A stretch of 29,583 nt of DNA from Minisyncoccota bacterium. Its GTDB lineage: Bacteria > Patescibacteriota > Minisyncoccia > UBA11713 > 2-01-FULL-45-33. Positions 1 to 8,374 of this stretch are shown here, one piece after another. Location of the stretch: contig DATDWI010000058.1 in assembly GCA_036517415.1 (NCBI GenBank), positions 1-29,583 on the forward strand, written 5' to 3'. The translations under genes were made by a program, and so were the position numbers. The notes beneath the pieces were generated by a model. It had not been told where the DNA came from. It saw nothing but the letters and a program-made list of their open reading frames with translations, and searched no databases. The number at the start of each line of letters is the position of its first letter. Positions within the stretch are counted from its first letter, which is position 1.

Positions 1-11
1 AATTTGCAAAA

Positions 12-29
12 AAGCCCCTATCGGGGCTT
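12..29 (-). terminator. Intrinsic terminator of the HIT gene
   Basis: On the - strand GCCCC-GATA-GGGGC is followed by T6, directly after the TAA at 30-28. Confidence 0.75.
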
Positions 30-663
30 AAGCAAAATACGGTTTCATGCGTTTGACGGTGTCTTGCCAAAGCATCTTGTCCAATTCCTGATTCATCGTA
101 CGCCAATTTGCTCTCTCGGGATAACCGAGAATACCAGCGGCTACTGTTCTGAAATATTGTGCCGGAACGTTTTTGGGGTCCTGCAACATTTTTATAAATG
201 AATTGTGGCTATCTTTCCAGAGTAAGTACGGCTTTGGTAGATTTGTAAATAGCTTTTGAAGTTGCGTGAACGTTCTCATGACCATAAAGGCGGTTTTAGG
301 AAAATCATCAACAATTCTATGAGTAATATCAAGTTTTGCGGGAAGCAAATGTAAATGGGCATGACTGATCGTTTGACCAACTATCCCATGTTCAAAAAGA
401 GCGACAGCTTCGGCCTTGTATTCTTTCCGCAAAGCAGTAGAAATTTGTTCTTGTGCTGCATCGATTATTGTTGCTTCTGTTTTATCCAACGCGCCGATGC
501 AAGAAACATGGCGTTTTGGCACCAAAAGGAGATATCCGCCGTTGGTAATTTGCCCGAGAGTTGTAATAATCCAAAAATCAGCCATTTCACTGACCACGCG
601 CTTTTTGAATTGAGATGCATTATTGCAGAACGCACAACCTTTGTCCACGAGCAACCTTCCCAC
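28..663 (-). CDS. HIT-superfamily nucleotide hydrolase/transferase (CxxC, FEHG and HxHxH motifs)
   Basis: Motifs CAFC, GYLLLVPKRH, FEHG and SHAHLHLLP. Start moved from 945 to the in-frame GTG at 663 because 725-945 overlaps pcm and a promoter lies just upstream of 663. Confidence 0.75.
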   Translation of the reverse strand: MGRLLVDKGCAFCNNASQFKKRVVSEMADFWIITTLGQITNGGYLLLVPKRHVSCIGALDKTEATIIDAAQEQISTALRKEYKAEAVALFEHGIVGQTISHAHLHLLPAKLDITHRIVDDFPKTAFMVMRTFTQLQKLFTNLPKPYLLWKDSHNSFIKMLQDPKNVPAQYFRTVAAGILGYPERANWRTMNQELDKMLWQDTVKRMKPYFA

Positions 664-673
664 ATCTTGCTTC

Positions 674-702
674 AGAGTATCAGCGCTAACAAAGTTTGTC
701 AA
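674..702 (-). promoter_or_regulatory. Sigma70-type promoter for the HIT gene
   Basis: - strand TTGACA (702-697), 17 bp, TACTCT (679-674). Confidence 0.55.
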
Positions 703-707
703 AAAAA

Positions 708-716
708 TGTTATAAT
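708..716 (+). promoter_or_regulatory. Extended -10 promoter for pcm
   Basis: TGTTATAAT ending 8 nt before the ATG at 725. Confidence 0.65.
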
Positions 717-724
717 AACGAGCA

Positions 725-1408
725 ATGTCACTTGCCGATGAACTTATTAAAAAAGGTGTTCTTAAAAATCCGCGGCTGATTGAGGCATTCCGCGCAGTAG
801 ATCGGAAGGAATTTGTGCCCGACGAGCTGGAAGCATTTGCATATCGCGATGAGCCATTGCCGATTGGGGAAAGGCAGACGATTTCACAGCCATGGACGGT
901 TGCATTTATGCTAGAACTACTGAATCCCCAACCCGGGGAAAACATTTTAGAAATTGGCTATGGCTCCGGGTGGCAGACAGCGTTGCTGGCAGCAACGGGA
1001 GCGAATATTTATGCGATTGAACGAATCAAGAAGTTATGCGAGTGGGGGAAAGAGAATGTTGAGCGATTGAGGAAGGATGTATCATTTGGTTCTATTCAAT
1101 TTTTCTGCCAAGATGGCGCAAAAGGTTTGCCGGAAATCGCAAGAAGTATCGGCTCGCCTCACTCTGGCGAAGCGGGCGGTTTTGATAAAATTATTGTCGC
1201 AGCGGCTCTGCAAGCCGCGAAGATCCCGTCGGATGACGGGACAGTAGCAGTTTTGCCATCGGCTTGGAAGGACCAACTAAAAATTGGCGGAAGCATCGTT
1301 GCGCCCATTGAACACTCTATTTTCCTTTTTACTAAAAAAGCGCATAATCAATTCGATGAACGAGAATATTCCGGATTTGCCTTTGTTCCCTTGGTGGAAG
1401 AAAACTAA
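725..1408 (+). CDS. pcm: Protein-L-isoaspartate O-methyltransferase
   Basis: AFRAVDRKEFVP, AYRDEPLPIGERQTISQP, ILEIGYGSGWQTALLA, FAFVPLV. Confidence 0.93.
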   Translation: MSLADELIKKGVLKNPRLIEAFRAVDRKEFVPDELEAFAYRDEPLPIGERQTISQPWTVAFMLELLNPQPGENILEIGYGSGWQTALLAATGANIYAIERIKKLCEWGKENVERLRKDVSFGSIQFFCQDGAKGLPEIARSIGSPHSGEAGGFDKIIVAAALQAAKIPSDDGTVAVLPSAWKDQLKIGGSIVAPIEHSIFLFTKKAHNQFDEREYSGFAFVPLVEEN

Positions 1409-2339
1409 CTCGCATATCGCGCTTGGTTTTTTTCTTATAGTGTTCTCAGTTATATGGTATGCCATTGATCTCGGCATCGCGTTCCCCCCATCATTTGAAG
1501 GAATAAAAGTAGTAACTATTCGTCAGGGCGAGAGTGCCCACGAAGTGGCGACAGCATTTTTGCGCGAAGGATTAATTCGCCAGCGCTTTGATTTTTTGCT
1601 CTACTTGAAACTCGCCGGCAAAGATAAAAAAATAAAGCCAGGCAATTATTCTTTTCGAGAATCGATCTCGGTGCTGGATATTGTAGAACATATTACGAGT
1701 GGCGCTGCCGAGCGTACAATTCGTATTCAAGAAGGTTGGACAAATTTTGCAATTGCTGTATATCTCGAGCGCGAAGGGGTTGTATTAAAAGAGGACTTCA
1801 TAAAAGCAGCTTCGGGTACGGAAGGATATCTGTTCCCCGATACCTATCGTATTTTTCAAAATACTTCGGCCGAAACCCTGATCGATCTTTTTGAAAAAAC
1901 ATTTAATCAAAAAATTGAACCGTTACGCGCCGACATTGAACGCCAAAATCGTTCTTTGCACGAGATCGTAATTATGGCATCATTGATCGAAAAAGAGTCA
2001 TCGGGCGAAGAAGACCGTGCGATCATTTCGGGGATTTTATGGAAGCGGCTTGGCACAAAGATTCCTTTGCAAGTGGACGCAACACTTTCCTATTTGACTG
2101 GTAAGGCAAGCAACGAACTTACTGAAGCGGATCTTGCTATTGATTCGAAATATAATACCTACAAATATGCTGGTTTGCCGCATGGCCCTATCGGCAATCC
2201 GGGGCTTTCATCAATGCGAGCAGCGTTGTATCCTCAATCATCGCCATACTTGTTTTATTTACATGGCAGTGATGGAAAGGCATACTATGCACAAACATTT
2301 GACGAACATGTTGCAAATAAAATAAAATACTTGAAATAA
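1356..2339 (+). CDS. mltG: Endolytic transglycosylase MltG (YceG family)
   Basis: N-terminal TM helix, EGYLFPDTY, ASLIEKE, LQVDAT, YNTYKYAGLPHGPIGNPG, YLFYLH. Start uncertain; ATG 1356 chosen. Confidence 0.92.
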   Translation: MNENIPDLPLFPWWKKTNSHIALGFFLIVFSVIWYAIDLGIAFPPSFEGIKVVTIRQGESAHEVATAFLREGLIRQRFDFLLYLKLAGKDKKIKPGNYSFRESISVLDIVEHITSGAAERTIRIQEGWTNFAIAVYLEREGVVLKEDFIKAASGTEGYLFPDTYRIFQNTSAETLIDLFEKTFNQKIEPLRADIERQNRSLHEIVIMASLIEKESSGEEDRAIISGILWKRLGTKIPLQVDATLSYLTGKASNELTEADLAIDSKYNTYKYAGLPHGPIGNPGLSSMRAALYPQSSPYLFYLHGSDGKAYYAQTFDEHVANKIKYLK

Positions 2340-2349
2340 TAAAAAATGC

Positions 2350-2378
2350 TTGCATGTTCGTATAATTTGCGCTAGCAT
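2350..2378 (+). promoter_or_regulatory. Promoter for rpsP
   Basis: TTGCAT (2350-2355), 17 bp, TAGCAT (2373-2378); ATG at 2388. Confidence 0.5.
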
Positions 2379-2387
2379 TACGTAACT

Positions 2388-2648
2388 ATGTTAACCATCA
2401 GATTACAACGTGTTGGTCGCGCCAATGATCCCAATTTTCGCGTGGTGGTTGTGGAATCCAAGCGCGCGCCGCGGAGCGGCTCTTTTTTAGAGGTGCTGGG
2501 ATCATATAATCCGCGCGGCAAAAGTACTATTCAGCTGAAAGAAGATCGCATTCGCCACTGGCTTGCAGAGGGAGCGCAGACGTCGGCGACCATGCATAAT
2601 TTGCTGGTTGACGCTCATATTGTCACGGGCAAGAAACGAGCGATATAA
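2388..2648 (+). CDS. rpsP: 30S ribosomal protein S16
   Basis: MLTIRLQRVGR...FRVVVVES...LEVLGSYNP...WLAEGAQTSATMHNLL. Confidence 0.97.
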   Translation: MLTIRLQRVGRANDPNFRVVVVESKRAPRSGSFLEVLGSYNPRGKSTIQLKEDRIRHWLAEGAQTSATMHNLLVDAHIVTGKKRAI

Positions 2649-2652
2649 GGGG

Positions 2653-2693
2653 GTCAACCCCGTCGCTCGCGAGCGACGGGGTTGACTTTTTTT
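2653..2693 (+). terminator. Intrinsic terminator formed by a perfect 34-bp palindrome plus T7
   Basis: GTCAACCCCGTCGCTCGCGAGCGACGGGGTTGAC (2653-2686) then TTTTTTT. Confidence 0.8.
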
Positions 2694-2710
2694 CACCAAA
2701 AGAGTATAAT
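2682..2710 (+). promoter_or_regulatory. Near-consensus promoter for khpA
   Basis: TTGACT (2682-2687), 17 bp, TATAAT (2705-2710). Confidence 0.75.
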
Positions 2711-2775
2711 ATACCGTAAGATACAGAAAGGTCGAAATTCAAGTATTTTATAGGAAGTATCAGCAATTTAGTCCA

Positions 2776-3087
2776 ATGGTTGCAAAAGAATCAGCAGTAT
2801 ATGGCGATCAAGAGTTTTTGGAATATGTTGCAAAAGCTCTGGTTGATAACCCCGATGCGGTAGAAGTTGGCCGTAAGGTTGACGAGATGGGAGTGTTGCT
2901 TTCCATAAAAGTCCACAAGGATGATGTCGGCAAACTCATCGGCCGCAGCGGAAACACCGCGAAAGCATTGCGAACTCTCCTGCGCGTTGTGGGAATGAAA
3001 AACCACGCGCGGGTAAATCTCAAGATTGAGGAACCGGAAGGCGGCCGCGCAAGCGTCGGCGGTATGGTTGACGACCTTAAAATCTAA
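2776..3087 (+). CDS. khpA: KH-domain RNA-binding protein (KhpA/YlqC, UPF0109)
   Basis: LVDNPDAVEV...DDVGKLIGRSGNTAKALRTLL; usual position after rpsP. Confidence 0.93.
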   Translation: MVAKESAVYGDQEFLEYVAKALVDNPDAVEVGRKVDEMGVLLSIKVHKDDVGKLIGRSGNTAKALRTLLRVVGMKNHARVNLKIEEPEGGRASVGGMVDDLKI

Positions 3088-3089
3088 CA

Positions 3090-3127
3090 ATCCAAAAATA
3101 CTCCGCTTCGGCGGAGTATTTTTGGAT
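3090..3127. terminator. Likely bidirectional terminator with a cUUCGg loop
   Basis: 17-bp perfect arms ATCCAAAAATACTCCGC / GCGGAGTATTTTTGGAT around TTCG. Confidence 0.8.
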
Positions 3128-3157
3128 AACAAATATATTTATGTTATATTTATGTCA

Positions 3158-3910
3158 ATGCGGTTCGACATTATAACTATTTTCCAACATATTTTTAGCT
3201 CCTATTTCAAGGAATCTATTTTGAAGCGTGCGCAAAAAAAGAAACTCATTGAAATCCATACGCACGATCTGCGCGCCTATACCCGCGATAAACACCGCAA
3301 AACCGACGATACGCCGTATGGGGGGGGAGCCGGGATGGTAATGATGGCAGAGCCGATTCTTCGCGCGGTGGAAGCGGTGATGAAAAAATCAAAGATCAAA
3401 AATCAAAGATCAAAAATCATAGTGTTTTCTGCGAAAGGAACAATGTTTAATCAAAAAATGGCGGACCATTGGTCACAAAAATATAATCACATTGTTTTTG
3501 TGACCGGACGATATGAGGGAATTGATGAGCGCGCAGCGACAATTCTCAAAAAAGAATATGGAAAAAGTTTTGAGGAAGTTTCAATTGGGCCGTATGTGTT
3601 GACGGATGGTGATGTGGCTGCTATGGTTGTGATTTCTGCTGTTGCGCGCTTAATTCCCGGTGTTATCCGAACCGAATCACTTCACGAAGAATCTCACCTG
3701 AACATTCTTTTAAAGCGCGAGCCCCAACTATCAACTAAAAACTATAAACTAAAAACTAGTCTAGAATATCCTCACTATACCAGACCGGAAATATTTATGT
3801 GGCCACCGCGGCAACAGAGTAAAAAAAGCAAAAAATACTCTGTTCCACGCGTACTTTTGTCTGGTAATCATGCGAAAATAGCAGCGTGGCGTAAATCTAA
3901 AATGAAATAA
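3158..3910 (+). CDS. trmD: tRNA (guanine37-N1)-methyltransferase with low-complexity insertions
   Basis: MRFDIITIF, DDTPYGGGAGMVM, GRYEGIDER, LTDGD, LEYPHYTRP, VLLSGNHAKIAAWR. Start 3158 (or 3152) after extended -10 TGTTATATT at 3142-3150. Confidence 0.96.
   Translation: MRFDIITIFQHIFSSYFKESILKRAQKKKLIEIHTHDLRAYTRDKHRKTDDTPYGGGAGMVMMAEPILRAVEAVMKKSKIKNQRSKIIVFSAKGTMFNQKMADHWSQKYNHIVFVTGRYEGIDERAATILKKEYGKSFEEVSIGPYVLTDGDVAAMVVISAVARLIPGVIRTESLHEESHLNILLKREPQLSTKNYKLKTSLEYPHYTRPEIFMWPPRQQSKKSKKYSVPRVLLSGNHAKIAAWRKSKMK
3384..3418 (+). repeat. 5 x 7-nt tandem repeat AAA(A/G)ATC inside trmD
   Basis: AAAAATC AAAGATC AAAAATC AAAGATC AAAAATC. Confidence 0.9.
3724..3758 (+). repeat. 5 x 7-nt tandem repeat NNAACTA inside trmD
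   Basis: CCAACTA TCAACTA AAAACTA TAAACTA AAAACTA. Confidence 0.85.
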
Positions 3911-3911
3911 T

Positions 3912-4859
3912 ATGGCGGAGAAGCATACTTCCATTGATCATATTTTAGGCAAAGATATTCGAGAGCACGAACGCGCTCTTATCGGGAAGAGTATTTAAGA
4001 AATTTTTGATGAACAGAAATTTCAAGAAGGCCTTACCAAAGAACGAGAAAAAACGTTGGAGGAAATTCACATCATTCGCTTTGTGAATCATATTACGAGT
4101 GAACTTGCTGATTCGTTTGGTGCAAAACATTTGGATGTTTCTGAAAAAAACGTCCATATTATTCCTGCCGATGTTTGGAGTGATAATGAAGCAGATGGCA
4201 TATTTGCTATTTATGAGCAAGCAGTATTGATGAGAGGCACGAAGTCGCGCATTGCATTTATTCATCAACTTATTCATGAAATACTCCACTTTAAATCTTA
4301 TGGTTCGTTGATAGCAGCTGCCCATCATACTGATGAGAAAAAAAAGAAACTTCTCTATCGCCATTCGCGTCTTGGACTTAGGATACGGGCGCGATCCAGA
4401 AAATTTTTATTCACTTTATTAAATGAGGCGGTAACAGAAGAGTTAGCAATACGCCTTTTTCAACAACACAATATTAAAAAATTATACCCGCAGGAGACAT
4501 CACAAACGGAAAAAATAATTCGTGAAAATCCAAACCCAGAGAACGACGAAGTAATATACGCCGAAGAAAGAGCAGGCAAGCTTTCCGGATATATGTTTGG
4601 GTATCCGCGATCGCGCAAGGCGCTCAATGTTCTTATCGACAAGCTTTACGAACGCAATAAGAGTACCTATAAAGATCGAAAAGAAATATTTGCGCTTTTT
4701 GCGCGGGGGATGTTTTCGGGCAAGATTTTAAATCTTCGAAATCTGATTGATAAAACATTCGGTCTCGGAACATTTGTTAAACTGGGTCAATCAAGTGATG
4801 CGGAATTTCCCGACGAGAAAAGCGCCGAAGAGCTCGAATATCTTATTGCATCACTATGA
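3912..4859 (+). pseudogene. HExxH zinc-metallopeptidase-like hypothetical protein interrupted by an in-frame TAA at 3996-3998
   Basis: ATG 3912 is in the same frame as ORF 4056-4859: MAEKHTSIDHILGK...KSI*EIFDEQKF...; HEILH and NEAVTEE motifs downstream. Confidence 0.65.
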
Positions 4860-5551
4860 AAACCAAAGAGGGATTATGGAAACTAAGTCCGAGCGCACTC
4901 TATGGCTTTGAAGATTGTACGGCATGTTTTTGGATTGAACACAATATCGGCAAGCACCCTTTTACCCTGCCGCTTCGCCTCAACGACGCGATGGATGAAA
5001 AACTTAAAAACCGCTATGACGGTTTTCGCATCAAAAGAGAAATGCCGCCCGAATTGAGCATGTTCCCACACCTGCGGCTTTTTGATAACTTTGCGTTGCT
5101 CAATGAGTGGCGCAACAATCGAACCGCGCTTCGGTATGTCAACGAGCGCGACGGTTATGTATTTGAAGGTAAGCTCGACGAGGTATTGATCAATGAGCGC
5201 GGCGAATTGGTCCCCGCGGATTATAAATCATCCGGCGATCCGCCAAAGATTGATAAACAAAAATATTATCGCCTGCAGCTGCACGCGTATGCATTAATGC
5301 TGAAAGAGTGCGGATATCCTGTTGCTGATAGAGCATATTTGCTACACTACTTTACCAAAGAGCGCAGCGATCCATCACTTTTTATGGAACTCGCGTTCCA
5401 TCCCGATGAAGTCGCGCTCAATATCGCGCAGTTTCGCGCAACTACGCGCACTATAGTCAGTTTTCTCGAAAGCCCATATCCCGGCACGAACACACTCTGC
5501 AAGCGCTGCACATGGATTACTAAACATAAAAACATAGCAAAGGAGAAATGA
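4856..5551 (+). CDS. PD-(D/E)xK nuclease-family protein (RecB/Cas4-like)
   Basis: LSPSAL..CxxC, GKLD...DYKS, LQLHAYA, C-terminal CKRC; ATGA overlap with the upstream gene. Confidence 0.8.
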   Translation: MKTKEGLWKLSPSALYGFEDCTACFWIEHNIGKHPFTLPLRLNDAMDEKLKNRYDGFRIKREMPPELSMFPHLRLFDNFALLNEWRNNRTALRYVNERDGYVFEGKLDEVLINERGELVPADYKSSGDPPKIDKQKYYRLQLHAYALMLKECGYPVADRAYLLHYFTKERSDPSLFMELAFHPDEVALNIAQFRATTRTIVSFLESPYPGTNTLCKRCTWITKHKNIAKEK

Positions 5552-6111
5552 AATACGCTGTTTTCCTTGTCATTATTATCAGTATTGCCGCCAGCGTTCT
5601 TTTTATGATGGGGCGGACTCCGTTCTGTGCTTGTGGATATATCCAGTTTTGGTCGGGAGATATCTGGAGCAACGAAAACTCCCAGCAACTCTCGGACCCA
5701 TATTCGTTTACTCATTTTCTCCACGGCATCGGCGCTTACGGGCTATTACATGTTGTAGCGCGTTCATTCCCCCTCAGCATTGGTACGCGTCTTATTATCG
5801 CTGTAGGGGGAGAAGCCTCATTTGAAGTGATAGAAAATACCGATATCGTTATTAACCGATACCGAGAAGAAACGCTGTCTCTTAATTACTATGGAGATAG
5901 CGTTCTCAATTCTGTCAGCGATATCATTATCTTCGCGCTCGGGTTTTTATTTGCGTCGCGTATGTCTCGGCGCACTTCAATTATTGTTTTTATTCTCACC
6001 GAAATTGCTCTTATGATCTGGATTCGGGATAGTTTAATGATTAATATGATTATGCTGATCTATCCGATTGAAGCAATTAAACTATGGCAATTGCGCGGAT
6101 TTGGAGTTTAG
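5548..6111 (+). CDS. DUF2585 (UPF0314) membrane protein
   Basis: MGRTPFCACG...NSQQLSDPYSFTHFLHG...YYGDSVLNS. Confidence 0.82.
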   Translation: MKYAVFLVIIISIAASVLFMMGRTPFCACGYIQFWSGDIWSNENSQQLSDPYSFTHFLHGIGAYGLLHVVARSFPLSIGTRLIIAVGGEASFEVIENTDIVINRYREETLSLNYYGDSVLNSVSDIIIFALGFLFASRMSRRTSIIVFILTEIALMIWIRDSLMINMIMLIYPIEAIKLWQLRGFGV

Positions 6112-6136
6112 GGATATTATTAGTATAATAACCATT

Positions 6137-8365
6137 ATGGGAACTATCGTTGTATTTCTTATTTTTATTTGGCTTGCGGCAAGCTACTGGGACTTAAAAC
6201 AGCGAGTTAGCCGACTTGAAAAAAAGTTCGATGTCCAAACACAACATCCTCTCGACACGCCGTTGACTAAACCGTCCAATCTTGCCTCTCCAGTTATTCA
6301 GGCGCCACCGGCATTCGCACCGATATCTCAGTCTTCGGTAGCGGAAAATTCTTCTGTGCACATTCGAGACAAAGTACAACGTGTTGCAAAAGAAGAAGAT
6401 GAATTTGAGTTTCACTTCGGCAGCAAGATATTTACCGCAGTGGGCCTTATTGCGATAACGTTTGGGCTCGGATTCTTTCTTCGCTATGCGTTTACGCACG
6501 ATCTTATTACCGAAATGATGCGGGTCCTTTTGGGTTTTACTGGCGGATTTATTTTATTGGGTTTAGGGTGGTATACAACACAACGATACTCGCTGTATGG
6601 CCACATGCTAACAGGCGGCGGGCTCGGTTTGTTTTATCTTTCGCTGTATGCCGCGTTTAATTTTTACCAATTAATCACACAGCCCGTTGCATTTTTTGGT
6701 ATGACGTTGATAACCATACTGGGCGCTACATTGGCGCTTTGGTATGATTCATTGCCGCTTTTTGCATTTTCATTATTTGGAGGCTTTGCAACGCCATTTT
6801 TATTACCAACTAATATCAATAATCCTCACGCGCTTTTTATCTATATTGCGCTTTTGGATTTTGGGATTTTATTAATTTCTTGGAAAAAAACATGGCCGTA
6901 TCTTGCGCTCGGCGCATTTTTAGCAACAACACTCGTGTATCTTTCGTGGTTTGAGACATTTTATACGCACGCGCAGTTTAGTGTTTCGTTTCTTTATACC
7001 TCACTCTTTTTTATTATTTTTCTGAGCGCAACGTTGCTCAATCAGTTTTTTCGTTCCGATGCCTCCAGAGAAGGGGATATCATTCTTACTCTTGTGGTAC
7101 CCGCGCTTTACTTTGCAGTTAATCTTTTCGAAATTAATTTGCTCTATCCCGACTTTGATGCCCTGTTTTCGATATTGTTGGGAGTACTGTATGGCATTCT
7201 CGCGTTGATATTTCGGCTCGGGGATGCCAAAGAACGCTTTGAGCGCTTTGGTATCATATTATTTGCTGTAGCGTGCGTATTTTTTATACTCGCCGTTCCG
7301 ATTCAGTTTGAACGTCAGTGGATTACGATCGGATGGGGAGCAGAAGCCCTGGTATTACTGTTATTGGGACTGCGATATCATATTTCGGTTATTCGCCAGT
7401 TTGGATATGGCGCATTCGCGCTTGCCGCGTTTCAATTAATGGCATTTGATCTTTCTGCTTCACCGAGCGCGCCATGGTTTAATGATCGTATGGTGGCGTT
7501 TGCTGGATCATTTTTATTTTTTACTTTTGCGAGCATAGCGCTTGCGCTGAAGCAAAAAGATAGCGCTGCCACGCTATCATCACAAGAACGAGAGGAATTT
7601 GCGAAAGCATATTCAGCTCTTGTCAACATGGCATATCTCGCTCCCCTTGTTGTATTGTCCGCGGAGATATTTGATTTTTTTGACCTGCATTGGCTTGCGT
7701 TTCTTTGGACTGCAGGAGGGCTTATCGGGAGTGCGGGTGGCTTGATAACGCGCGGGGTTGTATTGCGCGTACTCGGATACAGCATATTTGTTTTGGCAGG
7801 TATACGAGTGCTGTTTTTGGAAAGTTTTGTTCCCGCAGCTTCTTACGTACCATTTTGGAACGGAAGGGTCGGAGCAACGCTTGTTTTTGTTGGCGCCCTA
7901 GGACTTTATGCCGCGCTTTTGTCGTATTATGCCTCGCGCGTTTCTCAAATAGAGCGCGCGAATATCGGGCTCGCGCTTTTTATCAGTATCAACGGATTTT
8001 TATTGTGGTTATTGACTATTGAGATATGGGATTATTTCAGTAAGCAGTTAGTCGGAATAAAAGTAAATAATACAATACAACGCATTGAAAATATGCGCTT
8101 GGCCGCAATTTCTATTGCATGGACACTCTATGCCATCGTATTACTGGTCATCGGCATCATATCTACTTCAAAGGTTGCTCGCATTGCGTCATTGCTGTTA
8201 TTTATGATTGTTGTCGGTAAGGTGTTTTTGATAGACACCGCGAATCTTGATGATTTTTATCGTTTTGTATCATTTATAAGTCTCGGCGTCGTCTTGCTTG
8301 TTTCAGGATTTTTGTATTTTCGATTTAAAGAGCGAATTTTGCAATTTATTGCCTCCCCGCAATAA
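6137..8365 (+). CDS. Large polytopic membrane protein, DUF2339-like
   Basis: About 740 aa with many TM helices; GLIAITFGLGFFLRYAF, GGGLGLFYLS, KVFLIDTANL...RFVSFISLG. TATAAT at 6124-6129 supports the 6137 start. Confidence 0.75.
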   Translation: MGTIVVFLIFIWLAASYWDLKQRVSRLEKKFDVQTQHPLDTPLTKPSNLASPVIQAPPAFAPISQSSVAENSSVHIRDKVQRVAKEEDEFEFHFGSKIFTAVGLIAITFGLGFFLRYAFTHDLITEMMRVLLGFTGGFILLGLGWYTTQRYSLYGHMLTGGGLGLFYLSLYAAFNFYQLITQPVAFFGMTLITILGATLALWYDSLPLFAFSLFGGFATPFLLPTNINNPHALFIYIALLDFGILLISWKKTWPYLALGAFLATTLVYLSWFETFYTHAQFSVSFLYTSLFFIIFLSATLLNQFFRSDASREGDIILTLVVPALYFAVNLFEINLLYPDFDALFSILLGVLYGILALIFRLGDAKERFERFGIILFAVACVFFILAVPIQFERQWITIGWGAEALVLLLLGLRYHISVIRQFGYGAFALAAFQLMAFDLSASPSAPWFNDRMVAFAGSFLFFTFASIALALKQKDSAATLSSQEREEFAKAYSALVNMAYLAPLVVLSAEIFDFFDLHWLAFLWTAGGLIGSAGGLITRGVVLRVLGYSIFVLAGIRVLFLESFVPAASYVPFWNGRVGATLVFVGALGLYAALLSYYASRVSQIERANIGLALFISINGFLLWLLTIEIWDYFSKQLVGIKVNNTIQRIENMRLAAISIAWTLYAIVLLVIGIISTSKVARIASLLLFMIVVGKVFLIDTANLDDFYRFVSFISLGVVLLVSGFLYFRFKERILQFIASPQ

Positions 8366-8374
8366 CATGCTTTA

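Noticed and set aside
664-945. N-terminal extension of the 305-aa - strand ORF
   Set aside because: Overlaps pcm and both promoters on the opposite strand; HIT-like sequence begins only near the CAFC motif.
3088-3157. Absence of rimM between khpA and trmD, and of murE between ftsI and murF
   Set aside because: Rearranged or reduced operons are expected in such genomes; absence cannot be judged from one window.
3996-3998. Alternative genetic code or stop reassignment
   Set aside because: TAA, TAG and TGA all end well-conserved genes at expected positions, including ATGA overlaps, so code 11 fits.
4856-5551. CRISPR-Cas locus around the Cas4-like gene
   Set aside because: No repeat-spacer array or other cas gene seen in the window.
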